A DNA stretch of 46,138 nt. Origin: Rhodobacteraceae bacterium UBA996 (GTDB lineage: Bacteria > Pseudomonadota > Alphaproteobacteria > Rhodobacterales > Rhodobacteraceae). The position numbers and the translations under genes are program-made. Below are positions 9,826-19,017 of the stretch, piece after piece (position 1 is the stretch's first letter; each line of letters opens with the position of its first letter). The stretch is from the NCBI GenBank assembly GCA_002291955.1, contig DBBA01000344.1:2109-48246 (forward strand), in the 5' to 3' direction. Under the pieces are notes generated by a model that saw nothing but the letters and a program-made list of their open reading frames with translations, was not told the origin of the DNA and made no database searches.

Positions 9826-10743
9826 ATGCTCGCCATCTTCGCCGGGACAGGGGTGCTGCCCGGCCTTCTGCGCGCGGCGCGGCCCGATGCGCTGGTGTGC
9901 GAGATGCAGGGGCAGCCGTCGGCGCTGACCGGACCGGGCGTGCTGGCGTGGCGGGTCGAGACGCTGGGCACGTTCCTGGCGGACCTGCGCGACCGCGGCG
10001 TGACCGAGGTCTGCCTGGCCGGGGGCATCCGGCGCCCGTCCCTCGACTTGGCCGCGGTCAATGCCGCCACGCGACCGATCCTGGCGCGGCTGGCGGGCGC
10101 GCTTGTCGCGGGGGATGACGCGGCCCTGAGGGCGGTCATGGGTGTGCTGGAGGAGGCAGGGTTTGCCGTGCGGGCCGCGCAGGACATCCGGCCCGACCTT
10201 CTCCCGCCGGCTGGTGTTCCGACCCTCGCGAAGCCTGCACCGGGTGTGGCGGCGGATGCCGACCGCGGGCTGGCCGTGATCGCGGCCATGGGGGCCGCGG
10301 ACGTGGGGCAGGCCTGTGTGGTCCGCGCCGGTCAGGTGATGGCGGTCGAGGCCGCACCCGGAACCGACTGGATGCTGGCGTCCCTGTCGCCTGCGCCAGT
10401 GGCCGCGCGACCCGGTGATCCGCTGACCTGGGCCGCCGATGCGGCGGGCGAGGTCATCGACACCTGGGCCGACTGGCTGACCGGACCCGATGCCCCCCGT
10501 CCCGCAGCGCCCGTGCCCCCCGCGCAGGCCATCGCCGCGGGCGGGGTGCTGGTGAAGGCACCGAAGCCCGCGCAGGATCGTCGCGCCGACTTGCCCGCCA
10601 TCGGCCCCGGCACCGTCGCGGGTGCCGCGCGGGCCGGTCTTGCGGGCATCGTCGTCGCGGCAGGCGGGGTGATGGTGCTGGACCTGCCCGCGACCGTGGC
10701 GGCCAGCGACCGGGCCGGGCTTTTCCTGTGGGTACGGGCCTGA
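9826..10743 (+). CDS. lpxI: UDP-2,3-diacylglucosamine diphosphatase LpxI (DUF1009 family)
   Basis: Lies between lpxA and lpxB, as in alphaproteobacteria. N-terminal LAIFAGTGVLP and C-terminal DLPAIGPGTV motifs resemble LpxI. The stop of lpxA and this start form TGAATG. Confidence 0.8.
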   Translation: MLAIFAGTGVLPGLLRAARPDALVCEMQGQPSALTGPGVLAWRVETLGTFLADLRDRGVTEVCLAGGIRRPSLDLAAVNAATRPILARLAGALVAGDDAALRAVMGVLEEAGFAVRAAQDIRPDLLPPAGVPTLAKPAPGVAADADRGLAVIAAMGAADVGQACVVRAGQVMAVEAAPGTDWMLASLSPAPVAARPGDPLTWAADAAGEVIDTWADWLTGPDAPRPAAPVPPAQAIAAGGVLVKAPKPAQDRRADLPAIGPGTVAGAARAGLAGIVVAAGGVMVLDLPATVAASDRAGLFLWVRA

Positions 10744-10753
10744 GGGGGCGCGG

Positions 10754-11938
10754 GTGAAGCTGTACCTCATCGCGGGCGAACCCTCGGGCGACCGGTTGGG
10801 GGGCGCGCTGATGGCAGGGTTGCGGGAATTGTCCCCCGCGGTGCAGGTCGTGGGCATCGGCGGGCCGCGGATGGCCGAACAGGGGCTGTCCAGCCGCGTG
10901 CCGATCGACGAGCTGACCGTGATGGGTCTGGCCGAGATCCTGCCGAAGTATCGTAGCCTGATGCGGCACATCGACAATACCGCGCAGGATGTCCTGCACG
11001 AGGCGCCCGCCGCGCTGGTGACCATCGACCTGCCCGAGTTCGGCCTGCGTGTCGCTTCGCGCGTGCGGGCGGCGAACCCCGGCATCCGCACGATCCATTA
11101 CGTCGCGCCCTCGGTCTGGGCCTGGCGACCGGGACGCGCGGCGAAGATGGCCCGCCACATCGACCATGTGCTGGCGCTCTTGCCGTTCGAGCCGCCCTGG
11201 ATGACCGCCGCGGGGATGGGCTGCGATTTCGTCGGCCACCCCGTGGTCGCGGAACCCGTGGCGACGCCCGCCGATGCCGCCGCCTTCCGTGCCGCGCATG
11301 GCATCGACGGGGGGCCGATGGTCGTCGTCCTGCCGGGGTCGCGCGTGGGCGAGGTGCGGCGCCTGTTGCCCGTTTTCGGGCCTGCGTTGCAGGCCCTTGC
11401 CGCGCGCCACCCCGGTCTGCGCGTCGTGGTCCCGCTGGCCGCGCCCGTGGCAGACACGGTGACCGCCGCCGCCCGCGACTGGCCAGGCCGCCCCGTGCTG
11501 CTCGACCCGCGCCACCAGCCGCCCGAGGTCACCGAGACGGCCAAGCGCGCAGCCTTTGCCGGTGCCGATGCCGCACTTGCGGCCTCGGGCACGGTGTCGC
11601 TCGAACTCGCGGCCCAGGGCTGCCCGACGGTCGTCGCCTATGACTTCGCGCCGCTGACGTGGTTCCTGATGAAGCGGATGGTGCGTGTGGACACGGTCAC
11701 GCTGGTGAATCTGGTCAGCGAGACGCGGACGGTGCCGGAATACCTTGGCCCCGACTGCCGCCCCGGTCCTGTCGCCGACGCGCTGTGCCGCCTGCTGACC
11801 GACCCAGCTGCCCATGCGGCACAGAAGGCCGCGATGGCCACCACCATGCAGCGGCTGGGGCAAGGCGACGATCACCCTGGCCTGCGCGCCGCGCGGGCAG
11901 TGCTGCGGGTTGCTTCAGGCGGGCAGGTGCCGCGTTAG
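10754..11938 (+). CDS. lpxB: lipid-A-disaccharide synthase
   Basis: N-terminal LIAGEPSGD motif, GT-B-like sequence, 394 aa. GTG start preceded by GAGGGGG. Confidence 0.92.
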   Translation: MKLYLIAGEPSGDRLGGALMAGLRELSPAVQVVGIGGPRMAEQGLSSRVPIDELTVMGLAEILPKYRSLMRHIDNTAQDVLHEAPAALVTIDLPEFGLRVASRVRAANPGIRTIHYVAPSVWAWRPGRAAKMARHIDHVLALLPFEPPWMTAAGMGCDFVGHPVVAEPVATPADAAAFRAAHGIDGGPMVVVLPGSRVGEVRRLLPVFGPALQALAARHPGLRVVVPLAAPVADTVTAAARDWPGRPVLLDPRHQPPEVTETAKRAAFAGADAALAASGTVSLELAAQGCPTVVAYDFAPLTWFLMKRMVRVDTVTLVNLVSETRTVPEYLGPDCRPGPVADALCRLLTDPAAHAAQKAAMATTMQRLGQGDDHPGLRAARAVLRVASGGQVPR

Positions 11939-12781
11939 GAACGCCTGCCACGCGTTCCGCATCGCGGGCGTCTCGGCATGGCCACCCCCGGCCTCGCGGT
12001 ACTCTGCGAACGGCTCTGCGCCATACGCTGCCCGCGCCTTGGCCAGGGCAGGTTCCGTCGCGTGCGGCGGGGTCAGCAGGTCGGCATCGCCCCAGCCCAC
12101 GAACTGTGGCCGGGGTGCGACCAGACCCGCGATGGTCCCGGCCGATGCCAGCGCGACCAGTCCCGGGACCGTCATGTAGGGCCCATGCAGGTCATGCGCG
12201 CCGGTGGCGATCAGCGTGCCCAGATCGGCGAAACAGCACAGCTGGATCAGGCAGGCCACGCGGTCGTCCACGGCTGCCAGCCAGTAGCCCAGCGTTGCGC
12301 CCATCGACAGTCCCCACACGCCCGCCCGCCCGTCGCACCAGTCCTGCGCCAAGGCCCAGGTCAGAGCCGCGTGACACTCGCCCAGCATCTGCCCAGCAAG
12401 GCTTCGCCCCTGCCAGAGTGCCGCCTTTGCGGCAGGACCTTCCAGCGTGCCTGCACGGTCGCCGAAGCATGGCATGTCGAGACACAGCACGGCATAGCCA
12501 TGTTCCGCCAGTAGCGGACCGACCGGCGACACCAGGGACGGCCGCCCGTCGAGGATTTCCCGCGCGCCGATCCCGTAGCGCGCGCCGTGGGCGTGGATCA
12601 CCAGCACCACCGGGGCGGGCAGGGAGCGGTCAGGGCGGATCAGGAACCCGCGCACGCGCTCGCCCGTCGCCGTTGCAAAGGTCAGCCGTGTCGCGCCGCT
12701 GTCCGCCGCGTCCGACAGGAACCGCAAGGGATGCGCGCCGATCTCGAACCGGCGGGCAAGCTGCTCCCGCAGATCGGTCAC
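11915..12781 (-). CDS. alpha/beta hydrolase (dienelactone hydrolase-like)
   Basis: GLSMGA nucleophile elbow (GxSxG) and a C-terminal GGGH region. Its GTG start overlaps the xdhC stop (GTGA). Its 3' end overlaps lpxB convergently by 24 nt. Confidence 0.75.
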   Translation of the reverse strand: MTDLREQLARRFEIGAHPLRFLSDAADSGATRLTFATATGERVRGFLIRPDRSLPAPVVLVIHAHGARYGIGAREILDGRPSLVSPVGPLLAEHGYAVLCLDMPCFGDRAGTLEGPAAKAALWQGRSLAGQMLGECHAALTWALAQDWCDGRAGVWGLSMGATLGYWLAAVDDRVACLIQLCCFADLGTLIATGAHDLHGPYMTVPGLVALASAGTIAGLVAPRPQFVGWGDADLLTPPHATEPALAKARAAYGAEPFAEYREAGGGHAETPAMRNAWQAFLTRHLPA

Positions 12782-13794
12782 CCGACCGGACCCGGTCGCG
12801 TGGCCAGAACTTCAGCCAGCACCGACACGGCCAGCGTGCGGGCATCCCGGGCCGAGGGCACCAGCCCGATGGGCCCTCGCAGCCGTGCCAGTCGCCCTTC
12901 GCCGACCCCCATGCCGCGCAGCGCCATCGCGCGTGCATCCGCCGACCGGCGACTGCCCTGCGCGCCGACATAGAACGCGTCCGTCGCCAGCGCCTGAGCG
13001 AGGATCGGCGGCTCCCAGTCGTGATCGTGGAAGAACAGGACGACGGCCGTCCACGGGTCGGGCGCCAGATCGTCCGGGAACCGCGCCACGGGCAGGGCGC
13101 GGGAGGCCAGTCCTGCGCGGGCGGGGGCGTCCAGCGTTTCGGGATCGGGCGACAGTAGCACCGCCGGGAAGCCCGCCGCCTGCACCAGCGCCGCAAAGGC
13201 CGACGCTTCGGGTCCCTTGCCGAAGATCAGGAAGCGCGTCTCGGGCGGGCGGGCGATGACCAGCCGGTCACCGTCGCGTCCTGTCTCGGCCATGCCGTGC
13301 AGCGCCAGGGCACCGGTGCAAAGGTCGATCCCCAGCGCCACCGGGCGCCGCGCTGCCTCCTCGGCCCGCAGGCGGGTCAGCACGTCACGGTCGGGGTCCG
13401 GTAGCAGCGCAATGTCCAGGCCGCCGCCGCACGGAAGCTGGATATCCACGAACGGCGAGCCGCGCCCGTAGCGCAGGACGCGCGGGCACCCGGTCTCCAG
13501 CGTCCGCATGGCTTGCAGCGCAATGTCCCGCTCCACGCAGCCCGACGACAACGTGCCCACGCGCGCCGGGTCGGGGTCACCCGGCAGAACCGCCATCATC
13601 GCGCCCACCGGACGGTAGGATGGTCCCTCGACCCCTGCGATCACGGCAAGGACACCCGTCGCCCGGGTGCCGACCAGCGCCGCAACGGGGTCCGCGAGCG
13701 CACCGAGGACAGGCGCATCCAAAAGCGTGGCCGCCGCACCGGGGGCCTCTGGCGCGGGGATCGGCACGACAGCAAGAGCATCCGTGGACGTCAT
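12778..13794 (-). CDS. XdhC/CoxI family molybdoenzyme maturation protein
   Basis: Two-domain sequence typical of the XdhC family: an N-terminal XdhC_CoxI-like part (GPSYRPVGAMM) and a C-terminal Rossmann-like part (FLIFGKGPEASA). Confidence 0.8.
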   Translation of the reverse strand: MTSTDALAVVPIPAPEAPGAAATLLDAPVLGALADPVAALVGTRATGVLAVIAGVEGPSYRPVGAMMAVLPGDPDPARVGTLSSGCVERDIALQAMRTLETGCPRVLRYGRGSPFVDIQLPCGGGLDIALLPDPDRDVLTRLRAEEAARRPVALGIDLCTGALALHGMAETGRDGDRLVIARPPETRFLIFGKGPEASAFAALVQAAGFPAVLLSPDPETLDAPARAGLASRALPVARFPDDLAPDPWTAVVLFFHDHDWEPPILAQALATDAFYVGAQGSRRSADARAMALRGMGVGEGRLARLRGPIGLVPSARDARTLAVSVLAEVLATRPGPVG

Positions 13795-13940
13795 GGCGCA
13801 AGCATAGGGGGCGGGGCGCGGCTCGCAAGCCCAGGCATTCGCGCGCGAACGGGCCGCGCAACACCCATCCGAATTTTCTTGACGAACCCGTGATCGCGGC
13901 GCGACTCCTGTCGGAAACGGGCAGTCAAGGGAGCTTGCCG

Positions 13941-14417
13941 ATGTTCACGACGACAGGTTGGACCGCGGCCGCAGCACTTTCGGTGGCAGCAGCAGCGGCA
14001 GCGCCCGCGTCCGCCTGCCCGGACTGGGAGGCGGCGCCGCATTTCGGCACGATCACGCTTCAGGCCGGTTTCGCGCCCGACCCTGCCCAGTACTCGATCA
14101 CGGCGGGCGGCACGATCCCGCTGGAACGCTGCTTCACCGGTGGCTTCTCGGGGTTCGTGACCACGCGCCCGGATTTCGACCTGTACTGGGAAGGATCGTC
14201 GGCCCAACTGACCATCGCGGTGCAGTCGAACGCCGATGCCGTGCTGCTGGTGAACGCGCCGGACGGACAGTGGTACTATTCCGACGACCATCGCGGCACG
14301 GACCCTGCGCTGACCTTCACCAATCCGCAGCAGGGCCTGTATGATATCTGGATCGGCACCTACGACGGATCGCGCCGCAACCCGGGTCGGCTGATCTTCA
14401 CCGAATACAACTGGTAG
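13941..14417 (+). CDS. secreted hypothetical protein (158 aa)
   Basis: Signal peptide with an ASA-C cleavage context. The internal ATG at 13941 was chosen because the upstream part of the ORF-track frame is Arg/Pro-rich nonsense. The C-terminal half vaguely resembles pre-peptidase C-terminal (PPC) beta-sandwich domains. Confidence 0.6.
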   Translation: MFTTTGWTAAAALSVAAAAAAPASACPDWEAAPHFGTITLQAGFAPDPAQYSITAGGTIPLERCFTGGFSGFVTTRPDFDLYWEGSSAQLTIAVQSNADAVLLVNAPDGQWYYSDDHRGTDPALTFTNPQQGLYDIWIGTYDGSRRNPGRLIFTEYNW

Positions 14418-14426
14418 GCTGCCGCC

Positions 14427-15362
14427 TCAGTAGCCCGCGGTCCTGTCCACGAGATGCAGCAGCGGCTGTCCGGCTTCCGCGCGCGCAAGGTTCGCGGCGA
14501 CCACCCGTGCGGCCGTGGCGGGTCGTGTCGCCGCCGCGATGTGGGGCGTCACGGTGACGGACGGGTGCGCCCAGAACGGATGATCCGCCGGCAGGGGTTC
14601 GACGCGGAAGGTGTCGAGCGTCGCGTGCGCGACGTGACCGCTGTCGAGCGCGGCCAGAAGGGCCGCGTCATCGACTAGCGCGCCACGCCCCGGGTTCAGG
14701 ACAATCGCCCCGCGCGGCAGAAGCGCAATCGTCCGGGGGTTCAGGATGCCCTCGGTTCCCGGCGTGCGCGGCAGAAGCAGCACGACGATCCCTGACCGCG
14801 CCAGCACCGCGTCCAGCCCCGCGTCTCCGTGGTGGGTCGTGATCCCGGGCAGGTCCTTGGGACTGCGGCTCCACCCCGCCACATCGAAGCCGATCCCCGC
14901 CAGTGCCCTGGCGCAAGCGGACCCCAGTTCACCAAGGCCAAGCACCCCCACCCGGCGCTCGTGCGCAAGGGGTGGCACCCGCGGGCGCCAGTCCGGGCCC
15001 GTGCGCCGGATGTCCGTGTCGATCCCGAGGTGGTGGCGCAGAACGTGGCCCGTCACCCATTCGACCATCCCCTGCCGCAGGCCGGGGTCCACCATCCGCG
15101 CCAGCGGCACCCGCAGGGTGGGGTTGCCCACCACGTCCTCGACCCCGGCCCACAGGCTGAACACCGCCTTGAGGCGGGTGTAGGGCGTGAAGTCGGCCAA
15201 CCCGCCCGAGGGCGCGTGCAGGATGTAGTCGACCGTTTCGGGCGCAGCCTCGGTCCGCAGGCGCGCCGCGAGCCCGGCGTCGGCCAGCGCCTCGGCAAGC
15301 GGCGCTTCCCAGGCCTCCCACGCCTCGGCCCTTGCGGCGAACAGAAGGGTCGGCCCGGTCAT
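14427..15362 (-). CDS. D-2-hydroxyacid dehydrogenase (glyoxylate/hydroxypyruvate reductase A-like)
   Basis: NAD-binding GVLGLGELG motif and C-terminal HPSVTVTPHIAA motif. The ATG at 15362 overlaps the rodA stop (ATGA). The longer ORF-track start was rejected. Confidence 0.85.
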   Translation of the reverse strand: MTGPTLLFAARAEAWEAWEAPLAEALADAGLAARLRTEAAPETVDYILHAPSGGLADFTPYTRLKAVFSLWAGVEDVVGNPTLRVPLARMVDPGLRQGMVEWVTGHVLRHHLGIDTDIRRTGPDWRPRVPPLAHERRVGVLGLGELGSACARALAGIGFDVAGWSRSPKDLPGITTHHGDAGLDAVLARSGIVVLLLPRTPGTEGILNPRTIALLPRGAIVLNPGRGALVDDAALLAALDSGHVAHATLDTFRVEPLPADHPFWAHPSVTVTPHIAAATRPATAARVVAANLARAEAGQPLLHLVDRTAGY

Positions 15363-16513
15363 GCCCGGCTCCGGGGGCGGTGCACATGGGCGCTCTGCAC
15401 CAGCCCGAAGGCCAGCAGCAGCACCAGAAGGTTCGATCCGCCATAGGACAGGAAGGGCAGGGGCAGCCCCACCACCGGCGCCAGCCCCATGACCATCGCA
15501 AGGTTGATGACGAGGTTGTAGAACAGCGTGGCAGCAATCCCGAGCACCAGAAGTGCCGAGAAGCGGTCCCGCATCTGTAGGGCAGACGCGATGCAGAAGA
15601 ACAGGATCAGCGCGTAGAGCAAGAGAAGCGACAACCCGCCCACCAGCCCGAACTCCTCGCCCAGCGTCGTGAAGATGAAGTCGGTGTGCTTTTCCGGCAG
15701 GAAGTTCAGCCGCGACTGGGTGCCCTGCATGAACCCCTTGCCGGCCCATCCCCCCGACCCCAGCGCGATCTTGGCCTGGATGATGTTGTAGCCCGCGCCC
15801 AGCGGGTCGGCCGCGGGGTCCAGGAATGTGTCGATCCGGCGGTACTGGTAGTCATGCAGCAGTTGCCAGGGCGTACCGCGGGTCAGGAACACCGACGCGA
15901 CGGTACCACCGCCGATCAGCGCCGCGGCCGCGAAGTACCAGATCGACACCCCGGCCAGGAACATGACCGTGACCCCGATCAGCACGGTCAGCACCGCCGT
16001 CCCGAGGTGCGGCTGCATCAGGATCAGCAGGACCGGGACCCCGATCAGGAGAAGCGGCAGGATCACCCAGACGGGCCGCGATGTCCGCTCGGGGTCGAGC
16101 CAGTCGTAATAGGCCGCCAGCGCCATCACCAGCGCGACCTTCATCAACTCTGACGGCTGGATCCGGATGAACCCGAGGTCGAGCCAGCGCTGCGCGCCCA
16201 TGCCGATCGACCCGGCAACCTCGACCGCCACCAGCATCAGAAGCGCCGTGACATAGGCCACGGCCGCCATGTTCCTCCAGAACCAGATCGGCACGAGGGC
16301 GACGATCAGCATCCCCAGAAGGCCCACGCCCAGCCGGATCGCCTGCGGTTCGGCCCAGCGACCGAAGCTGCCACCGGCGACCGAGGTCAGCTGCAGGATG
16401 CCCACCGCGGTGACCGCCGCAATTGCCAGCGCAAGGGGCCAGTTGACGTGCAGGATCTTGGACAGGCCGGTCGGCACCGTCCGGACCTGATACTCCAGAT
16501 AGGTTCCGCGCAT
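15359..16513 (-). CDS. rodA: rod shape-determining protein RodA (SEDS family)
   Basis: Polytopic FtsW/RodA/SpoVE-type sequence (PSELMK, TDFIFT, GLPLPFLSYGGS), located immediately downstream of mrdA. Confidence 0.92.
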   Translation of the reverse strand: MRGTYLEYQVRTVPTGLSKILHVNWPLALAIAAVTAVGILQLTSVAGGSFGRWAEPQAIRLGVGLLGMLIVALVPIWFWRNMAAVAYVTALLMLVAVEVAGSIGMGAQRWLDLGFIRIQPSELMKVALVMALAAYYDWLDPERTSRPVWVILPLLLIGVPVLLILMQPHLGTAVLTVLIGVTVMFLAGVSIWYFAAAALIGGGTVASVFLTRGTPWQLLHDYQYRRIDTFLDPAADPLGAGYNIIQAKIALGSGGWAGKGFMQGTQSRLNFLPEKHTDFIFTTLGEEFGLVGGLSLLLLYALILFFCIASALQMRDRFSALLVLGIAATLFYNLVINLAMVMGLAPVVGLPLPFLSYGGSNLLVLLLAFGLVQSAHVHRPRSRA

Positions 16514-16531
16514 CGGACAGCGCCCCTTTCG

Positions 16532-18478
16532 TCAGGCTCGGGTGCGGCCGCCGGTGGCCGGCGGCGCGACGGGACGCAGGGGCATCGTGCGGTGCAGCGC
16601 CTCGACCGCGGAACGGGCCGACGCGGGATAGACCGACAGCGGCGGGACATCGCCATGCAGGGCGCGGACCATGGCATCGCGCGCGATGGGCGCGGCCGCC
16701 GCTGACCCGCCACCCCCGTGCTCGACGACGACCGCGCAGGCGACGCGCGGGGCATCCGCAGGCGCATAGCCGACAAACAGCGCATGGTCGCGCCGGTTCC
16801 ACGGCAGCTGGTCGTTCCGGATCACGCCGCGCGCGCGCTCGGCCACCGTGATGTTGCGGACCTGGCTTGTCCCGGTCTTCCCCGCGATCGTGTACTCCTC
16901 CGCCTCGATCCGCGACCCGTAGGCCGTCCCGCGTCGGACGTTCGTCACCTCGTACATGCCGCGGCGTTGCAGGCGCAGGTGGTTCTCGTTCAGCCCGAGG
17001 TCCGCGAACGGACCCGCGGGCTGCTCGATCCCGTTCACCGACTTGATCAGCCGTGGCGTGACAGCCATGCCCGTCGCAAGCCGCGCCGTCATCACCGCCA
17101 GCTGGATGGGCGAGGACAGGACAAAGCCCTGCCCGATGGACGCGTTCAGCGTGTCGCCCACCAGCCAGCTTTCCCCGCGGACGGTGCGCTTCCAGTCCAT
17201 CGAGGGCACCAGTCCCTCGGCAATCCCCGACAGGGGCAGGTCGAAGCGCTCGCCAAGCCCGAAGCGCCGGGCCATGGCGGCGATCCGCTCGATCCCGACC
17301 TTCTGCGCAATCTCGTAGAAGTAGACATCGCAGCTTTCGGCGATCGACTGCACCATGTCCACGCGCCCGTGGCCGCCGCCCTTCCAGCAATGGAAGCGGC
17401 GGTCGCCCAGTTGCAGGTGGCCGGGGCAATAGACCGTCTCGTCCGGGGTGATCAGCCCGGCTTCCAGTCCCGCCAGCGCGACCAGCATCTTGAAGGTGGA
17501 TCCCGGCGGGTATGCGCCCTGCACCGTCTTTGTCGAAAGGGGACGGTGGTCGTTTTCCATCAGGGCCGAGAAGTCCGCGGTCGAAATGCCGCGCACGAAC
17601 AGGTTCGGGTCGAACGACGGTGCCGAGGCCAGCGCCAGCAGGTCGCCCGATGCGCAGTCCATCACCACGCAAGACGAACTTTCCACGCCAAGACGCGCCT
17701 GGACGTAGTTCTGCAGTCCCGCGTCGATGGTCAGCTGCACGTCTGCGCCCGGTGTGCCCTCGACCCGCGCAAGCTCGCGCATCATCCGGCCGCCAGCGTT
17801 CACCTCGATCTGGCGGGTGCCGGACGTGCCGCGCAGCATGTCCTCGATGCGGGCCTCGACACCGACCTTGCCGATCGGGAAGCGGGGCAGCCGCAGCAGG
17901 GGGTCGGGATCCTCGATCCTGGCAAGGTCCGCCTCGCTGACCGGGCCGACATAGCCCGCCACATGCGCAAAGTCGGCTTGCAGCGGGTAGACGCGGGACA
18001 GGCCGACCTCGGGCGTGACCCCCGGCAGGGCCGGAGCGTTCACCGCCACCGCCGACATCTGTTCCCAGGTCAGCCGGTCCGCCACGGTCACCGGCACGAA
18101 GGGGGGGTGGCGGGCGATCTCTGCGCGCGCACGCTCCAGGTCCTCGGGTGCCATCCCCAGCACATGCGCCAGCCGCGCCAGAACGGCCTCGACGTCGCCC
18201 GCATCCTCGCGCACCAGCGTCACGCGCCAGTTCTGTTCGTTCCCGGCGACCAGCACACCGGCACGGTCGAAGATCTGGCCGCGCGGCGGGGGGATCAGCC
18301 GCAAGGATACGCGGTTCTCCTCGGCCAGCAGGCGATAGGCGTCGCCGTCCTCCACCTGCATCGCGCGCATCCGCAGGGCCAGTCCACCCAGCACCACCGC
18401 CTGCACCCCGCCCAGCACAAGGGCGCGGCGCGAGAACAGCGCCTGCACCTCGCGCAATTGCTGCTCGGTCCGCTTCAC
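16532..18478 (-). CDS. mrdA: penicillin-binding protein 2 (elongation transpeptidase)
   Basis: SxxK motif (GSTFK) and KTGT motif are present. The GTG start at 18478 overlaps the mreD stop (GTGA). The ORF-track N-terminal extension was rejected. Confidence 0.92.
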   Translation of the reverse strand: MKRTEQQLREVQALFSRRALVLGGVQAVVLGGLALRMRAMQVEDGDAYRLLAEENRVSLRLIPPPRGQIFDRAGVLVAGNEQNWRVTLVREDAGDVEAVLARLAHVLGMAPEDLERARAEIARHPPFVPVTVADRLTWEQMSAVAVNAPALPGVTPEVGLSRVYPLQADFAHVAGYVGPVSEADLARIEDPDPLLRLPRFPIGKVGVEARIEDMLRGTSGTRQIEVNAGGRMMRELARVEGTPGADVQLTIDAGLQNYVQARLGVESSSCVVMDCASGDLLALASAPSFDPNLFVRGISTADFSALMENDHRPLSTKTVQGAYPPGSTFKMLVALAGLEAGLITPDETVYCPGHLQLGDRRFHCWKGGGHGRVDMVQSIAESCDVYFYEIAQKVGIERIAAMARRFGLGERFDLPLSGIAEGLVPSMDWKRTVRGESWLVGDTLNASIGQGFVLSSPIQLAVMTARLATGMAVTPRLIKSVNGIEQPAGPFADLGLNENHLRLQRRGMYEVTNVRRGTAYGSRIEAEEYTIAGKTGTSQVRNITVAERARGVIRNDQLPWNRRDHALFVGYAPADAPRVACAVVVEHGGGGSAAAAPIARDAMVRALHGDVPPLSVYPASARSAVEALHRTMPLRPVAPPATGGRTRA

Positions 18479-19017
18479 AGGCGTCTCCCCAGGTCGTCCA
18501 CTTCGCCGGGTGCGACCTTGGCGATGCCGAAGGCAAGGCTCGAGGCCGCAGCAATCACAGGATAGGCAAGCACGGTCAGCGCCATGTGCGCAAGGGCAGG
18601 CCACAGGGGCGGTGTTCCCGTCAGCGTGATCGCCAGGGCCGCGCGGTAGCCCAGCGTCATCCCCGCAACCACGGCCGCAACGATAGCCCATTCCATCAGG
18701 AACGGCAGGTCGCGGATCAGGACGGACCGACCGCGCAGGAACTCGGTCCCCAGGATCACCAGGGCCGTCCACAGCCCCGGGGGGCGATGGAACAGCAGGT
18801 CCCCGGCCAGTGCCACCACCGCGATGGGCCACAGCGGCAGCAGGTCCGGCCGGCGCACGACCCAGACAAGTGCAAGCCCAAGCGTGATGTCCGGCCAGGG
18901 CAGGCCTGTGCGTCCGGGGGACACGGGCAGAAGCGCGGCAAAGCCAGCGACCGACGCCAGCCCGACAAACCACGCCGACATGGCCACGCCCGGCCCGAGG
19001 ACGGACCGTTCAGCCAT
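18475..19017 (-). CDS. mreD: rod shape-determining protein MreD
   Basis: Small polytopic membrane protein between mreC and mrdA; overlaps the mreC stop. Confidence 0.8.
   Translation of the reverse strand: MAERSVLGPGVAMSAWFVGLASVAGFAALLPVSPGRTGLPWPDITLGLALVWVVRRPDLLPLWPIAVVALAGDLLFHRPPGLWTALVILGTEFLRGRSVLIRDLPFLMEWAIVAAVVAGMTLGYRAALAITLTGTPPLWPALAHMALTVLAYPVIAAASSLAFGIAKVAPGEVDDLGRRL

Noticed and set aside
16532-18973. Long N-terminal extensions in the ORF track for mrdA, and likewise for tolC (to 34076), pcm (to 34716), mtaB (to 31765), the aldo/keto reductase (to 23655), the dehydrogenase (to 15749), the S8 peptidase (from 34614) and the secreted protein (from 13620).
   Set aside because: The extensions read as Arg/Pro-rich nonsense and overlap neighbouring genes. 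Internal starts give normal family lengths, signal peptides, and stop/start overlaps or SD sequences.
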